This document shows positions 31,303-41,886 of a DNA stretch of 64,000 nucleotides, one piece after another (within the stretch, counting starts at the first letter, position 1; every line of letters begins with the position of its first letter). A program made the translations under genes and the position numbers. The stretch comes from Spirochaetota bacterium (GTDB taxonomy: Bacteria; Spirochaetota; UBA4802; UBA5550). The stretch spans positions 20,482-84,481 of the forward strand of contig JBGSUQ010000029.1 in the NCBI GenBank assembly GCA_041753395.1, given 5' to 3'. The notes under the pieces are model-generated. The model was not told the origin of the DNA. It did not search any database and saw nothing but the letters and a program-made list of their open reading frames with translations.

Positions 31303-32391
31303 TTACATCAGCACCTGCTCGTTTTTGCGGCGATAATCAGCGGGGGTCACTCCGGTCATTTTCTTGAAGGTCGAATGGAACGCCGAATAGGAATTGAATC
31401 CAACGGCAAAGGCAATTGAGATGATCTGCCTGTCCGGCTGCTCCAATATCATTTTCTTCGCTTCCTCGATGCGGTAGCCGTTGACGAAATTGTTGAAGTT
31501 TTTCTCGTAATAGGTGTTCAGAAATTGCGAAAGCTGAGTTTTCGTCAGCTCCAGGGCCTCGCTGAGCCGCCCCAGGGAGAGATCCTCATCGCAGAAAAGC
31601 TTCTCCTCTTCCATGATTATCTTCAACTGCCGGTTGATGCTCTTCTGGTCGATAGAATCGAGATACGATTTCGCATATTTCTTTCTCTTGGGAGGGATCG
31701 TGCCGAACTGCATCAGGTAGGGATAGCGGATTGACAGCAGGTAAAAACTGATGATTATCAGGCTGATGACGATATTGTCCAGCGCCAGGAGCGTTTCAGA
31801 AAGAGTCACTGAACCTGCTATACCGACTATGCCCAGGAAGAGCCAGATGATGAGGAGCGTTATCAGAAAAATCAGTGGCTGATACGCCAGGTTTTCGCTC
31901 GGCTTACGGAACCATATCTGCCACATCGACAGGGATATGTAGAATATCGGAAGCACAACCGCTGCGATGGCCGAGACCAGGATCTGGATGAACTTGTATT
32001 CCTCCTGGAGTAGGAACATCCTGACCAGTTCCCGTTTGGCGTCATCGGAGGCGAAAACGAAGGGTATCATGATGATCACGACTATTATCATGGGTATGAA
32101 ATTCACTATATCATAATAGTAAAATCTCTGCTTGTTCTTGATAAAGCTCAACACGTAGAGATAAAGAAGCGGCCCTATGCTCAATTCAATCGGCAGAAGA
32201 ACCAGGAAGTAGCCGGGGTATTGTAGAATTAGCTTCGTGTGGAGCATATATATGAAGAGGGTGAGATACCCCAGCTCGGCGATGAAAATGGCCAGTACCA
32301 CGTTTCTGAAGCGCCAGGGCCGGATGAGGAGGCCGATGGCCATGAGAAAGCTCAAAAAAATTGTCGGATGAATAATGAGGGATATGTCCAT
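31303..32391 (-). CDS. Membrane-anchored AraC-family regulator
   Basis: TM N-terminus (IGPLLYLYV); DEDLSL, FVNGYRIEEAK, VGFNSYSAFH. Confidence 0.9.
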   Translation of the reverse strand: MDISLIIHPTIFLSFLMAIGLLIRPWRFRNVVLAIFIAELGYLTLFIYMLHTKLILQYPGYFLVLLPIELSIGPLLYLYVLSFIKNKQRFYYYDIVNFIPMIIVVIIMIPFVFASDDAKRELVRMFLLQEEYKFIQILVSAIAAVVLPIFYISLSMWQIWFRKPSENLAYQPLIFLITLLIIWLFLGIVGIAGSVTLSETLLALDNIVISLIIISFYLLSIRYPYLMQFGTIPPKRKKYAKSYLDSIDQKSINRQLKIIMEEEKLFCDEDLSLGRLSEALELTKTQLSQFLNTYYEKNFNNFVNGYRIEEAKKMILEQPDRQIISIAFAVGFNSYSAFHSTFKKMTGVTPADYRRKNEQVLM

Positions 32392-32588
32392 GTGAATCCG
32401 GAATAAAAACCGGGAAAAAGTATTTCGATAATACTATCGATGAACAGTCCTCACATATTAAAAACGTTATGTCAAGATTTTTATCAGATGATTATGATGT
32501 CGCTTAGACTATTATCCGCAATAATCCCTTGACAATATATTCACTTACATCAGTTGATGTTTAATAATCAGTCAGCGGATAATAGTAA

Positions 32589-32840
32589 ATGATCGACTCA
32601 CAAGACAACGACGCCTCTTACTGCCGCATACTCGGCCACCAGGTACCCTTCAAGTATTGCCGTACAATGAATGAGCAGTTCCCTTGCAGTAAAATCAAGG
32701 ACTGCTGGTTCGAAAGGATGGATATCGAGCATTTCATCGCAGATAATTATACTGAATCTGAAATCGAGCGGATCTTTTCTCCGCCGCCCCAGAAAATTAC
32801 CACGATAATCGATCTGATCAACAAAGCCAGGGGAAACTAA
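32589..32840 (+). CDS. Small four-Cys hypothetical protein
   Basis: YCRILGHQVPFKYCR..PCSKIKDCW; TTGACA about 55 nt upstream. Confidence 0.7.
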   Translation: MIDSQDNDASYCRILGHQVPFKYCRTMNEQFPCSKIKDCWFERMDIEHFIADNYTESEIERIFSPPPQKITTIIDLINKARGN

Positions 32841-32964
32841 CTGTCCCCCGCCCAAGTTCCCGGCCGGCATCATGGTGACGCCCACCTGTAAAAGGGCAGG
32901 CACGATAAAAAAAATTGTTGAATTCCGAAAAGATATGAATAATATATAGCAATCAATATTAGTA

Positions 32965-32994
32965 TTGACAAATTATATTAGTCCTGACTAATAT
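32965..32994 (+). promoter_or_regulatory. sigma70 promoter with overlapping 20-bp palindromic operator upstream of zupT
   Basis: TTGACA 32965-70; ATATTAGTC-CT-GACTAATAT 32975-94 covers the putative -10 TAATAT. Confidence 0.7.
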
Positions 32995-33075
32995 CTATTC
33001 GAAGAAGTTATAGTCAGGATGTTTATTTGCCATAAATCGTATATAACATATATACAACAATCAGGATATATCTTC

Positions 33076-33885
33076 ATGGATCAAACTGTATTATTTGCCT
33101 TTGCCCTTACCATAGTCGCCGGATTATCAACCGGCATCGGTAGCATCTTCGCTTTTTTCACAAAAAGAACAAATACAAAATTTCTCGCAGTCGCCCTTGG
33201 TTTTTCCGCAGGCGTGATGATATACGTTTCTTTCATCGAAATCTTTTTTCAGGCTAAAGATTTATTAATCACTGAATTAGGCAAGAACGCCGGCCTCTGG
33301 GCGACCATCGGTGCCTTTTTCGGAGGAATACTGGTTATCGCAATTATTGATTATCTTGTTCCATCGTACGAAAATCCCCACGAGACCCATAAAGTCGAGG
33401 AAATCAGCTCCTGCGATACAATACCGGTTGACAAGAAACTCTTCAGATCCGGCCTTCTTGTTGCCGCTGCCATTACCATACATAATTTCCCTGAAGGGAT
33501 CGCAACTTTTACCATGGCGCTGACAAATCCATCACTAGGCATAGCGATTGCAGTCGCTATAGCAATTCACAATATCCCGGAGGGAATCGCGGTCTCAATT
33601 CCGGTTTTCTGCGCAACCGGCAAGAGGAAAAAAGCATTTTTCCTCTCTTTACTAACAGGCTTCTCCGAACCCTTCGGCGCTCTCATCGCGTATCTCATAT
33701 TAATGCCATTTTTAAATAATTTTGTCCTGGGAATTGTTTTCGCATCGGTGGCGGGGATCATGATTTACATTTCTTTTGATGAACTATTGCCGGCAGCGCG
33801 GGAATACGGGGAACATCACCTGTCAATGTATGGATTGATAAGCGGCATGATGGTCATGGCAGTAAGCATAATACTTATCGGTTAA
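33076..33885 (+). CDS. zupT: ZIP-family metal transporter ZupT
   Basis: AGLSTGIG, FSAGVMIYVSF, HNFPEG, HNIPEG, DELLP. Confidence 0.95.
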   Translation: MDQTVLFAFALTIVAGLSTGIGSIFAFFTKRTNTKFLAVALGFSAGVMIYVSFIEIFFQAKDLLITELGKNAGLWATIGAFFGGILVIAIIDYLVPSYENPHETHKVEEISSCDTIPVDKKLFRSGLLVAAAITIHNFPEGIATFTMALTNPSLGIAIAVAIAIHNIPEGIAVSIPVFCATGKRKKAFFLSLLTGFSEPFGALIAYLILMPFLNNFVLGIVFASVAGIMIYISFDELLPAAREYGEHHLSMYGLISGMMVMAVSIILIG

Positions 33886-34213
33886 AACGTAAAAACAGGC
33901 GGCATTTACCACGCACTATCCGGGGCCGCTTGACCATATAATTCTCTCATGGAAAGCCATACAATAATGATAATCATTTATTCCTGATACATTTACATGT
34001 ACTAAAACACTAAAATAGTGCAATTAATACTTGATTTCGCAACCTGTATGCAATAATAATGTAAATTAAGCTGACACGACGAGCTGTTAAACATAGTAAT
34101 AAAAGCTTTTGCGCTGTCGTAAAAAGCATTATCGTATTCTGCTGAATAGTATGTTTTACAATATGATATAGAAATATTTTCACATTTCTATATATAATAT
34201 CACAGGTTGACGA

Positions 34214-35311
34214 ATGATAGTTCAGGAAAAACACATCGACGTTTCAATTCAAGTTTCCATGATGGAAAAAATACGGCCTCTACTTTCAAAAATAACCGGC
34301 GACAGCGACAAGCAACTGATTGAAAATTTCTGGCAAAAGGCTTGCAGGTATTTCGGCATTATTTACAGCCTTGAAACGGCCATGGAACGCGGTGAAATTG
34401 ACGATGAATCCGCCAGCAACATCCTTATCAGGGAAACCGATATAATTCTTCCCGAAGGTAAGAAGCTTGAAGATGCCCTTAATTATCATGATGGTATAAA
34501 AAATTTAAAGAAGCTCTTCCGAGAATGCGTCATCCCACTTGGAATTAAATCAAAGATAGTCAAACATGCTTTTACCAAACCGAGTGGATATGCCGGCGAT
34601 TACGGTCTTATTGAAATAATATACAACCAGAAAATATTGTCCGATAAAATCGGCTATTGCATAGACAGGCGCTTTCAGATTGATGATTACGCCCGGGCTG
34701 TCAGGAGCCGGAAAAATAAAATGAAAGATATTCTTGCCGGTTACATTAAAAATGCACCGGGGCAGAGCCTGGACATCTTTAACATCGCCTGCGGCTCTTG
34801 CCGCGAGATCAAGGAGATGTTTGACGAGAATACCTTCGACGGTTCTAAAAAAATATCCTTTACCCTTATGGACCAGGACAGTGACGCCCTTGAATTCTCG
34901 CTTACTGCTCTGAAGAATTCCCCTCCCAACGTCGAATACCAGACCCAGTGCAACAGTGTTTATGATTACATTAAAAACCCGGACACCTACCGGAAAAATC
35001 TTTTCGGCAAAGACCTTGTCTACACGATAGGCCTTGCCGATTATATTCCGGAATCCTCCCTGAAACCCCTGATCAGCTTTTTATACAGCCTGCTGAAACC
35101 GGGCGGAAAGCTCATCATCGCCCACAAAGACTCGAAAAACTTCAGCCCCCTCGCCGCTGACTGGTGGTGCGATTGGACGTTCCATCTGAGAAACGAGCCT
35201 GAAACGATCAATCTGGTGAAATCATCGGGCATTCAGGATTTTGATATATCCGTAATACGGGAAACCGAAACCAATATCATTTTTTTCATGACCATTGAAA
35301 AAAAGAAGTAG
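34214..35311 (+). CDS. Class I SAM-dependent methyltransferase, PhcB-like
   Basis: AFTKPSGYAGDY, AVRSR, NIACGSCREI, MDQD..AL, DLVYTIGLADY, LKPGGKLII, W.CDW. Confidence 0.78.
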   Translation: MIVQEKHIDVSIQVSMMEKIRPLLSKITGDSDKQLIENFWQKACRYFGIIYSLETAMERGEIDDESASNILIRETDIILPEGKKLEDALNYHDGIKNLKKLFRECVIPLGIKSKIVKHAFTKPSGYAGDYGLIEIIYNQKILSDKIGYCIDRRFQIDDYARAVRSRKNKMKDILAGYIKNAPGQSLDIFNIACGSCREIKEMFDENTFDGSKKISFTLMDQDSDALEFSLTALKNSPPNVEYQTQCNSVYDYIKNPDTYRKNLFGKDLVYTIGLADYIPESSLKPLISFLYSLLKPGGKLIIAHKDSKNFSPLAADWWCDWTFHLRNEPETINLVKSSGIQDFDISVIRETETNIIFFMTIEKKK

Positions 35312-35313
35312 TA

Positions 35314-37455
35314 ATGACATTTCTTGCTCTCACAGGACTGCTGAATTTTCTGGGAAGCGCATCCCTCGCAGCAGTTGTGTTATTCAAGAACCCCCGCGGC
35401 ATACTCAATCGTAATTTTTCATACAACAGCCTGAGCATAGCTTTTTACAGCGCCGGATATTTTGTCTGGCAGCTTAGCTCCACGCCTGAAATGGCCACGA
35501 TATGGTTCAGGGTGCTGTTCACCGGCATTATCCTGATAAACCTCACCTTCCTGTTCTATGTATTTGCCCTTATTGAAAAGCTTAACAGGAGAAAAATTGA
35601 GCTCGCGGTTTATACGGTAATAAACATCATTTTTATCGCTTTAAACCTCTGTTCAATGCTCTACACGAAGCTTGAACCCAGGTTCGGCCTCGGTTTCTGG
35701 CCGGTACCGACGGTTCTCTTCCACATATATCTCGCCTTCTGGATATGGCAGCTCCTGTACGGTTTCATACTCCTGCTCTGGAGCCTGAAAGCTACAACCG
35801 GACGCTTGAGAGAGCAGATCAAATATACGATTGCATCGGGCCTTATCGGTTTTATCGGCGGGGCATCGAACTGGCCGATGTGGTATAAAATCGATTTCCT
35901 CCCATATCCCAACATCCTTATCGTGGTCTACATCGGCCTCATGGGTTTCGCCATCATACGCTACCGGCTCATGGACATCAAGATCGTCCTGACCCGGACC
36001 GGGATCTTCCTGGCAATATACACGCTGGTACTGGGCAGTCCGGTCCTGATCGGGTTGCACACAAATTTCGGCTTCCTATCGTTCGTAACAATGTTCATCC
36101 TCGCCACCATCGGTCCGATCCTATACCGGTTTCTCCTGGGGAAGGCGGAAGATGTCCTGCTTTCCAAACAACGGGAATACCAGAAGGTGCTCAATGAATC
36201 AGTGGTATTTATGCTGCGCGAACACAGCCTTGATCGTCTCCTGAAGCTTATAATTTACGGAATGAAAACCATCATAAAAGTCGACTATGCGGCGATTTTT
36301 CTCAACGACAAGGAACATGAATGTTTCACGCTCAAGGCCGCGAACACGTACCAGGTCATACCTGAAGGCTTCAGCATACCCTGCGGCAATCCAACCATAG
36401 AGCTTCTCATGGAGCACAAGCGCCCCCTGGTCCTGGAGGAGATGTCGCACCTCTTTCACAGCGACACCGATCGTAAAATAAAAATGGTTGTGCCTTCGTT
36501 TTTCGACAACAGGCTCCTGGGATTTCTGCTGCTGGGCGAGAAAGAGAACAAGACCTTCTACACGATGGATGATCTGCAGACCTTTGAATTGCTGTCGCAC
36601 CAGACCGCCATGGCCATAGAAAACTGCCTCTACATGGAAGAACGCAAAAAAACGCAGGAGCGACTGTTCCAGGCTGAAAAACTGGCCTTTATCGGCGGCA
36701 TGGCCGAAGGTGTCGCGCACCAGATACGGAACCGCCTCAACCACTTTTCACTCGGATCGCGGCAGATCCAGCATGAGATCGCCGACTTTCAGAAGCTGCA
36801 TGAAGATATAATCAACCGGAACCAGCCCATCAGGGAAACCTTCGACTCGCTTTATGAAATCAGCGAATCCATAGTCGAAAACGTGATACGCACCAATGCC
36901 GTGATCCAGGGAATACTGAACTATACCATTGCCGATGACAAACGGAACACGTTCTCCGATTTTCCCTTTATGGATGTTGCGGAAGGGGCTATTGATCTTG
37001 CGAAGATAAAGCACGGCATCGACGAGTTGCCCATAAAAACCGAAATAGATCCCGACGCGATGACCTTCGGCGTCATGACACAGCTCATGGAATCCATATA
37101 CAATCTTATTGACAACAGCTATGAAGCCATCGAAGAAAAAAGGAACAGTTTTAAAAGCTCCGAGGAAAGGAAAAATTACGAGCCCCTTATATTAATCAGG
37201 CATACGCAGCAGCCTGACGGTTCGCTTATAGAGATCATTGACAACGGCATCGGGGTAGCCGACGCAGACACCAAAAAAATATTTGCGCCGTATTTCACGA
37301 CCAAGTCTTCATTCAAGTCGCAGTCAGAATCCGGGATAGGTCTTTATGTCGTTCACCGGATCATCGAGGAGAACCACAAGGGCAAAATCTGGTTTAAATC
37401 CGCATACATGAAGGGAACCACCTTCTTCATAAAGCTTCCTATAAAAAACGGCTAG
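35314..37455 (+). CDS. Membrane sensor histidine kinase (7TM-type N-terminus, GAF, HisKA, HATPase)
   Basis: About 9 TM helices, AIIRYRLMDI, GAF, AEGVAHQIRN, NLIDNS, DNGIG, FAPYFTTK, GIGL. Confidence 0.92.
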   Translation: MTFLALTGLLNFLGSASLAAVVLFKNPRGILNRNFSYNSLSIAFYSAGYFVWQLSSTPEMATIWFRVLFTGIILINLTFLFYVFALIEKLNRRKIELAVYTVINIIFIALNLCSMLYTKLEPRFGLGFWPVPTVLFHIYLAFWIWQLLYGFILLLWSLKATTGRLREQIKYTIASGLIGFIGGASNWPMWYKIDFLPYPNILIVVYIGLMGFAIIRYRLMDIKIVLTRTGIFLAIYTLVLGSPVLIGLHTNFGFLSFVTMFILATIGPILYRFLLGKAEDVLLSKQREYQKVLNESVVFMLREHSLDRLLKLIIYGMKTIIKVDYAAIFLNDKEHECFTLKAANTYQVIPEGFSIPCGNPTIELLMEHKRPLVLEEMSHLFHSDTDRKIKMVVPSFFDNRLLGFLLLGEKENKTFYTMDDLQTFELLSHQTAMAIENCLYMEERKKTQERLFQAEKLAFIGGMAEGVAHQIRNRLNHFSLGSRQIQHEIADFQKLHEDIINRNQPIRETFDSLYEISESIVENVIRTNAVIQGILNYTIADDKRNTFSDFPFMDVAEGAIDLAKIKHGIDELPIKTEIDPDAMTFGVMTQLMESIYNLIDNSYEAIEEKRNSFKSSEERKNYEPLILIRHTQQPDGSLIEIIDNGIGVADADTKKIFAPYFTTKSSFKSQSESGIGLYVVHRIIEENHKGKIWFKSAYMKGTTFFIKLPIKNG

Positions 37456-37562
37456 CATTAACCGCAGGAGATGATCATCCTGTTGTTTGTTCATCTCACT
37501 AATGCGGATAAAACGGCATCAGTCGCTCCTTGCAAATCGCAACGAAACCAGGAAGGCCCGCT

Positions 37563-38411
37563 TCACTGCGGCATGACAGCAATTCTACCGTTGACTCGAA
37601 GCTGAACAACATCCATTTTTCCTCCCCTGCGGCAGGCAAGCACCGCCGCCCCCAGGGCGCCCATGACCTGTGGGTCGACAGCAAGGGGCGCGATCTCAAT
37701 CCTGAGCAGGTCACCGAGGGCCTTCATGAGGCCGGCATTCTTGGCACACCCCCCCGTGACAGTAAGTTTTTCCCTGATGCCGATGCGCTTAAGGAGCGTG
37801 AAACAACGCTTGGCAACCGCGGATTGAATGCCGGCGGCCACGTCAGACGGCGGCTGCTTCTTCGCCAGGAGGCTAATCACTTCGCTTTCGGCAAAGACGC
37901 TGCACTGGGCCGTCACGGGAATCACCTTTCTGGCATTCAATGAGAGCCGCGAAAATTCGTCGAGATTCATCCTGAATACGCGGCTCATAGCCTCGAAAAA
38001 GCGGCCAGTCCCGGCGGCGCATTTATCGTTCATGGCGAATTCCAGCACGGACCCGTCCTCTGCGACTGATATCCCCTTCAGGTCCTGGCCGCCGATATCT
38101 ACAATTGTTTTTATCCCCGGATCACAGGAAAAAACACCCATGGCATGACAGCTGATTTCGGATATGTTTTCGTTGGCGAAGGGTACTTCATTCCTGCCAT
38201 AGCCGGTGCCCACCAGGTATGCCAGGTCTCCGCTCCCTTTCAGTTGATCAACCATGGAGCAGGCTCTCTCCATGACAATTCGCGAAGTCTCCTCCGGATC
38301 TATTTCCGAGGGTATGATGACCGAGGCAGCGATGGATCCGTTTTCATCGAGAATGACCGCCTTGCCGGTTGTTGAACCGATGTCGCATCCCCCGTAATAT
38401 TTTTTTCCCAT
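37563..38411 (-). CDS. ATP-dependent acyl-CoA dehydratase activase (HgdC/BcrAD family) #3
   Basis: DIGSTTGK, GTGYGR, EISCH, DIGGQD, NDKCAAGTGRF, CSVFAESEV. Confidence 0.93.
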   Translation of the reverse strand: MGKKYYGGCDIGSTTGKAVILDENGSIAASVIIPSEIDPEETSRIVMERACSMVDQLKGSGDLAYLVGTGYGRNEVPFANENISEISCHAMGVFSCDPGIKTIVDIGGQDLKGISVAEDGSVLEFAMNDKCAAGTGRFFEAMSRVFRMNLDEFSRLSLNARKVIPVTAQCSVFAESEVISLLAKKQPPSDVAAGIQSAVAKRCFTLLKRIGIREKLTVTGGCAKNAGLMKALGDLLRIEIAPLAVDPQVMGALGAAVLACRRGGKMDVVQLRVNGRIAVMPQ

Positions 38412-38459
38412 AAATGGTCTCCGTTGTAATAATAATTGCAATATTGGCTTTCATTATAG

Positions 38460-38523
38460 CCCCCAAAATCCCCCGGAGAGGGACTTTTTCAGCATTTTTC
38501 AACTACCTACCCCTCTGGGGGGG
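38460..38523. repeat. REP-like palindromic element, copy without insert
   Basis: CCCCCAAAATCCCCCGGAGAGGGACTTT...CCCCTCTGGGGGGG; similar to the copies at 48276 and 55382. Confidence 0.6.
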
Positions 38524-38524
38524 A

Positions 38525-39943
38525 TCACTCATTCTCCCCTAGCCTCCCCACCTTCATCACATTCTGCATAAAATGGTCAATCTGGCGGATAATGCCCTCG
38601 CGCGGACAGATTCGGGGATCCGAGAGATCGTACTCGACGATTAGGAGCGGCACCCCGCGTTCGCGGCACGCCTCCCGGAGCATCTGGTTGAGGGCCATGG
38701 TGTTCTTGCAACCGATATGACCCGCCACCCAGACCATGTCAAGGTTGAATCGGTTATATATCCTGAATATGTCATCAATGTAATTCTCCGCCGGCCCCCT
38801 GGTGTGGCGCGCCATAGGGCCCTGCATGATGATCTTACCCAGGTCGCGCAGGATCGTATCCGGCGTTGTGGTATCGATCAGGGGCTGAGAATTGTAGGTC
38901 ATACTGTCTATTACCAGTGTCACGCCATACGCGTCCTCGGCCCATTGGAAAAGATCGGAGAAATGAAGAAACGGAGGGTTCCAGAGCACCGCGCGGAATC
39001 GCTCATTAGGCACCGCCGGGACTCCCATTTCGAGGTTGCGCCTGGCCATATCGGCAAGGCGCTGGAAATAGCGGGTCGCCACCGGGTTACCCGGATCGAT
39101 ATTAAAGGCCCAGAGATGGCCCAGGTACACCGGCTCGGCGGCTAGCGGCGCCGGACGGGTGCTGATCATCTCCCAGAGCTCAATCTCCAGTTCGGCCATG
39201 CGGTTTCGCTCCTCGCATATCCGGCGCAGGCGGTCCCAATCCATTCTGCCTGACGTGTTCTCCTCGAGCCATGCGATCATTCTCTTCAGTTCTCCGGCAA
39301 AATATTCCGCGGCCCGTTCATCATAGAAATTAAAGGGAATGTCAAGTCTGAATATGGACGCGTCATTCCATCGCCGCGTGATCTCATAACCCGTCATGTT
39401 CCCGTCGCAGGGCAGGTTCGAGCTGACTATGACGGAGGCGGGAGGCATCTCGCCGGTAAGCACGACCCCCAGTGTCATCTTGACATGACTGCATATATCC
39501 GGAGGGACACCCTCGTTCTCGCACCGGTCGATATAGCGCTCAGCCGCGTGCGTGTCAAGGATGGGAAGAAGTATCGACAGGATTTCAGCCGGCCACACGA
39601 AAAGGCCCATGGCGGTGGATATCTCCGGTGGCACCATCTCCTGATGCATTATGAAATTACTTTTACGATCCAATGTATGCGCGAGAACATCCGCCATTCG
39701 AGTGGAAATGAAATAAACCAACAATTCGTTGGCTTCACGGAAGAGACCGGTCCTCCCCTTCGCGAAGCGTCCCATCAGGAACGGCGACTTGAGGAGTATG
39801 AGAATCCATGGATACCGCTTGATATCACGGATCAGTGCGACAGGGCCGCGCCGCAGGGCAAGGAACGCAAAGCTAATCCATGTAAGAGCTAAGTATTTAG
39901 CATGTATCAGATAATCACCAATGGAAGGCCTGCTGTTGTTCAT
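38525..39943 (-). CDS. 2-hydroxyacyl-CoA dehydratase / BCR-family subunit (alpha/BzdO-like) #2
   Basis: PDICSHVK, NLPCDG, FRLDIP, HIGCKN, DLSDPR. Confidence 0.85.
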   Translation of the reverse strand: MNNSRPSIGDYLIHAKYLALTWISFAFLALRRGPVALIRDIKRYPWILILLKSPFLMGRFAKGRTGLFREANELLVYFISTRMADVLAHTLDRKSNFIMHQEMVPPEISTAMGLFVWPAEILSILLPILDTHAAERYIDRCENEGVPPDICSHVKMTLGVVLTGEMPPASVIVSSNLPCDGNMTGYEITRRWNDASIFRLDIPFNFYDERAAEYFAGELKRMIAWLEENTSGRMDWDRLRRICEERNRMAELEIELWEMISTRPAPLAAEPVYLGHLWAFNIDPGNPVATRYFQRLADMARRNLEMGVPAVPNERFRAVLWNPPFLHFSDLFQWAEDAYGVTLVIDSMTYNSQPLIDTTTPDTILRDLGKIIMQGPMARHTRGPAENYIDDIFRIYNRFNLDMVWVAGHIGCKNTMALNQMLREACRERGVPLLIVEYDLSDPRICPREGIIRQIDHFMQNVMKVGRLGENE

Positions 39944-39958
39944 AGTGTTTAACCCCGG

Positions 39959-41089
39959 TTATTTACCCATGCTTTCTATGAAGGCCTGCACGCGCGTGCG
40001 CAGCTGCCCCTCGCCGGCATGCCGGTATTCCCGCTCCAGGCGTAGAACCGGTATCCCGACGGACCGGAGTTCTGACGTAAGCGTGCTCCCTTCAACACCC
40101 CAGGTATCGCAGAATTTTATCGCCTGCAGAATGACACCGTCGGCGCGGTATTCCCGCGCCGTGTCCCGGATGGCCGCGGCGCGCTCGTCGAATTCATCCA
40201 TCATTCTGGGGCACAGGACCTTGAAAAGCGTGTGCTCCGCCACGGCCCGCAGGGGATTGCCGCTTTCCGATACCGGGTCCAGCCACGGAAGCGAACCGGT
40301 GCAGAATCGGTCAGCTACCACGAGGCCGCCCTGGGATTCTATGACATCTATGAACGACGGGTCATCCAGCTCGCCGCCGGCCACCATGATCCTGGCCCGG
40401 TACGGGCCGATCCCTCCCCGCTCAACCGCTTTCCGGTGAAAATCTTCAACCAGTGGCAGAAGAAGGTCCTTCGGAGTTACCATGGAAGCAATCATGATAC
40501 GATGAAATTCGCCTCCGGTAATGAGGGGCGGGTCCTGCTTTCTCAGGTCGCCGATGGATCGAAGAACACGCGCGAAGGCGTTGCGGCTGCGGATAGCTGC
40601 GGCGAGATCATCACCCGCCGCACTGACGCCGAAGTGCTCCGACAACTTTTCGGCGAGAACCGTCAGTTCTTCCGTAAACCAGTCAAGTGCCGGCTCGCCG
40701 CGCTTATGGGGAACGTCAAGAGTATGCAAGAAGGCAGGCTTGCGCAGATAGTCCAGGTTGTCCATCAGCCGGCGCATATGGTCGCAGTTGGCGGTGAACA
40801 CAATCCCGCCCAGGTTATCATAGGCGCCGCCAAGGGCGAACTCAAGAAGGCTCTTGGTATAGGAACAGATAACGTTTGACATGTACGTGTCCGCCAGCTC
40901 GGTACCGGCAATCCCGGGCGCTCGGAGACGTACCGGGAACAACCTGCCCGCCGAGAGCATTGTTTCCGGGACATAGCTGCAGGTGTACCCGACAGGGACG
41001 CGCCGCTCATCCCTTGCCTGCTCGGCAAGGCGGTTCAGCGGCTCAGCCAGAAGGTCGTCAAACAGTGAAAGATCTGCAGACTGCTTCAT
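39959..41089 (-). CDS. 2-hydroxyacyl-CoA dehydratase / BCR-family subunit (beta/BzdN-like) #2
   Basis: GYTCSYVPE, VICSYTK, NCDHMRR, DRFCTG, LCPRM, KFCD, GQLRTRVQAF; ATGA overlap with the CooC gene. Confidence 0.88.
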   Translation of the reverse strand: MKQSADLSLFDDLLAEPLNRLAEQARDERRVPVGYTCSYVPETMLSAGRLFPVRLRAPGIAGTELADTYMSNVICSYTKSLLEFALGGAYDNLGGIVFTANCDHMRRLMDNLDYLRKPAFLHTLDVPHKRGEPALDWFTEELTVLAEKLSEHFGVSAAGDDLAAAIRSRNAFARVLRSIGDLRKQDPPLITGGEFHRIMIASMVTPKDLLLPLVEDFHRKAVERGGIGPYRARIMVAGGELDDPSFIDVIESQGGLVVADRFCTGSLPWLDPVSESGNPLRAVAEHTLFKVLCPRMMDEFDERAAAIRDTAREYRADGVILQAIKFCDTWGVEGSTLTSELRSVGIPVLRLEREYRHAGEGQLRTRVQAFIESMGK

Positions 41090-41886
41090 GGCCTCACTCC
41101 TTCTGTAAATGCGTCTTCCGCGGCCGGCAGCAGGCCGAAGCACGAGATACATCGGCGCACGCCTGTCCGCGCAGGGCATTCCGGCAGGTCAAGTAAACTC
41201 CTTCCCTCGATGTCAAAGGCGCGTATATGGTCGTCTTCAGGCAGTGTGCCGAGAAGGGCCAATCCCGGCGGCGGTGTTATGCCGCGATTCTCTCCGGCGC
41301 GGACGCGGTTGACGATAAGGCCGCACCGCTCGTACCCGACCGATTCCCCGGCCACTTCCAGGATACTTCCCGCAACGGCAAGACCCTTGGCCGACTGGTC
41401 CGAAACAAGGAGCAGATGGCTCACCCGCTCCATAACGCGGCGGTTCACCTGCTCGATGCCGGCCTCCCCGTCTATAACAACGTAATTAAAATTGGATGAT
41501 ATCGATTCTATCACATCCTTTAAAAAATCGTTCACCTGGCAGTAACATCCTTCCTGCTCGGGCCTCCCGATGGCGAGGAAGGCCAGGTTCTTCTTCTCCT
41601 CCAGTGCGGCCAGCACCTCGTAATCAAGGGCCGACGCGAGCTGCTTCATATCCTCGCGGGCCCCTTCTTTCACCCTGGAAATCAGGTCGTTCCGAATGTC
41701 ATCAACGGTCCTCCGGGCCTGGAAGCCGAGGGCCAGGGCAAGGCCCACTGCCGGGTCCGCGTCGATGGCCAGTACTTTCTTCGAAGGATCTTCGGCAAGC
41801 ATGGAGGCCACGATGGCGCTGATGGAGGTCTTGCCCACCCCTCCCTTGCCGCAAACCGCGATGATGACCGTGTCAGTTTCTTTCAT
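41086..41886 (-). CDS. cooC: CooC/AcsF-type Ni-insertion ATPase
   Basis: GKGGVGKT, IDADP, GRPEQEGCYC, DGEAGIEQVNRR. Confidence 0.88.
   Translation of the reverse strand: MKETDTVIIAVCGKGGVGKTSISAIVASMLAEDPSKKVLAIDADPAVGLALALGFQARRTVDDIRNDLISRVKEGAREDMKQLASALDYEVLAALEEKKNLAFLAIGRPEQEGCYCQVNDFLKDVIESISSNFNYVVIDGEAGIEQVNRRVMERVSHLLLVSDQSAKGLAVAGSILEVAGESVGYERCGLIVNRVRAGENRGITPPPGLALLGTLPEDDHIRAFDIEGRSLLDLPECPARTGVRRCISCFGLLPAAEDAFTEGVRP

Noticed and set aside
37471-37560. Response regulator after the histidine kinase (AGGAG-ATG at 37471)
   Set aside because: Translation has no receiver motifs and runs into the convergent activase gene
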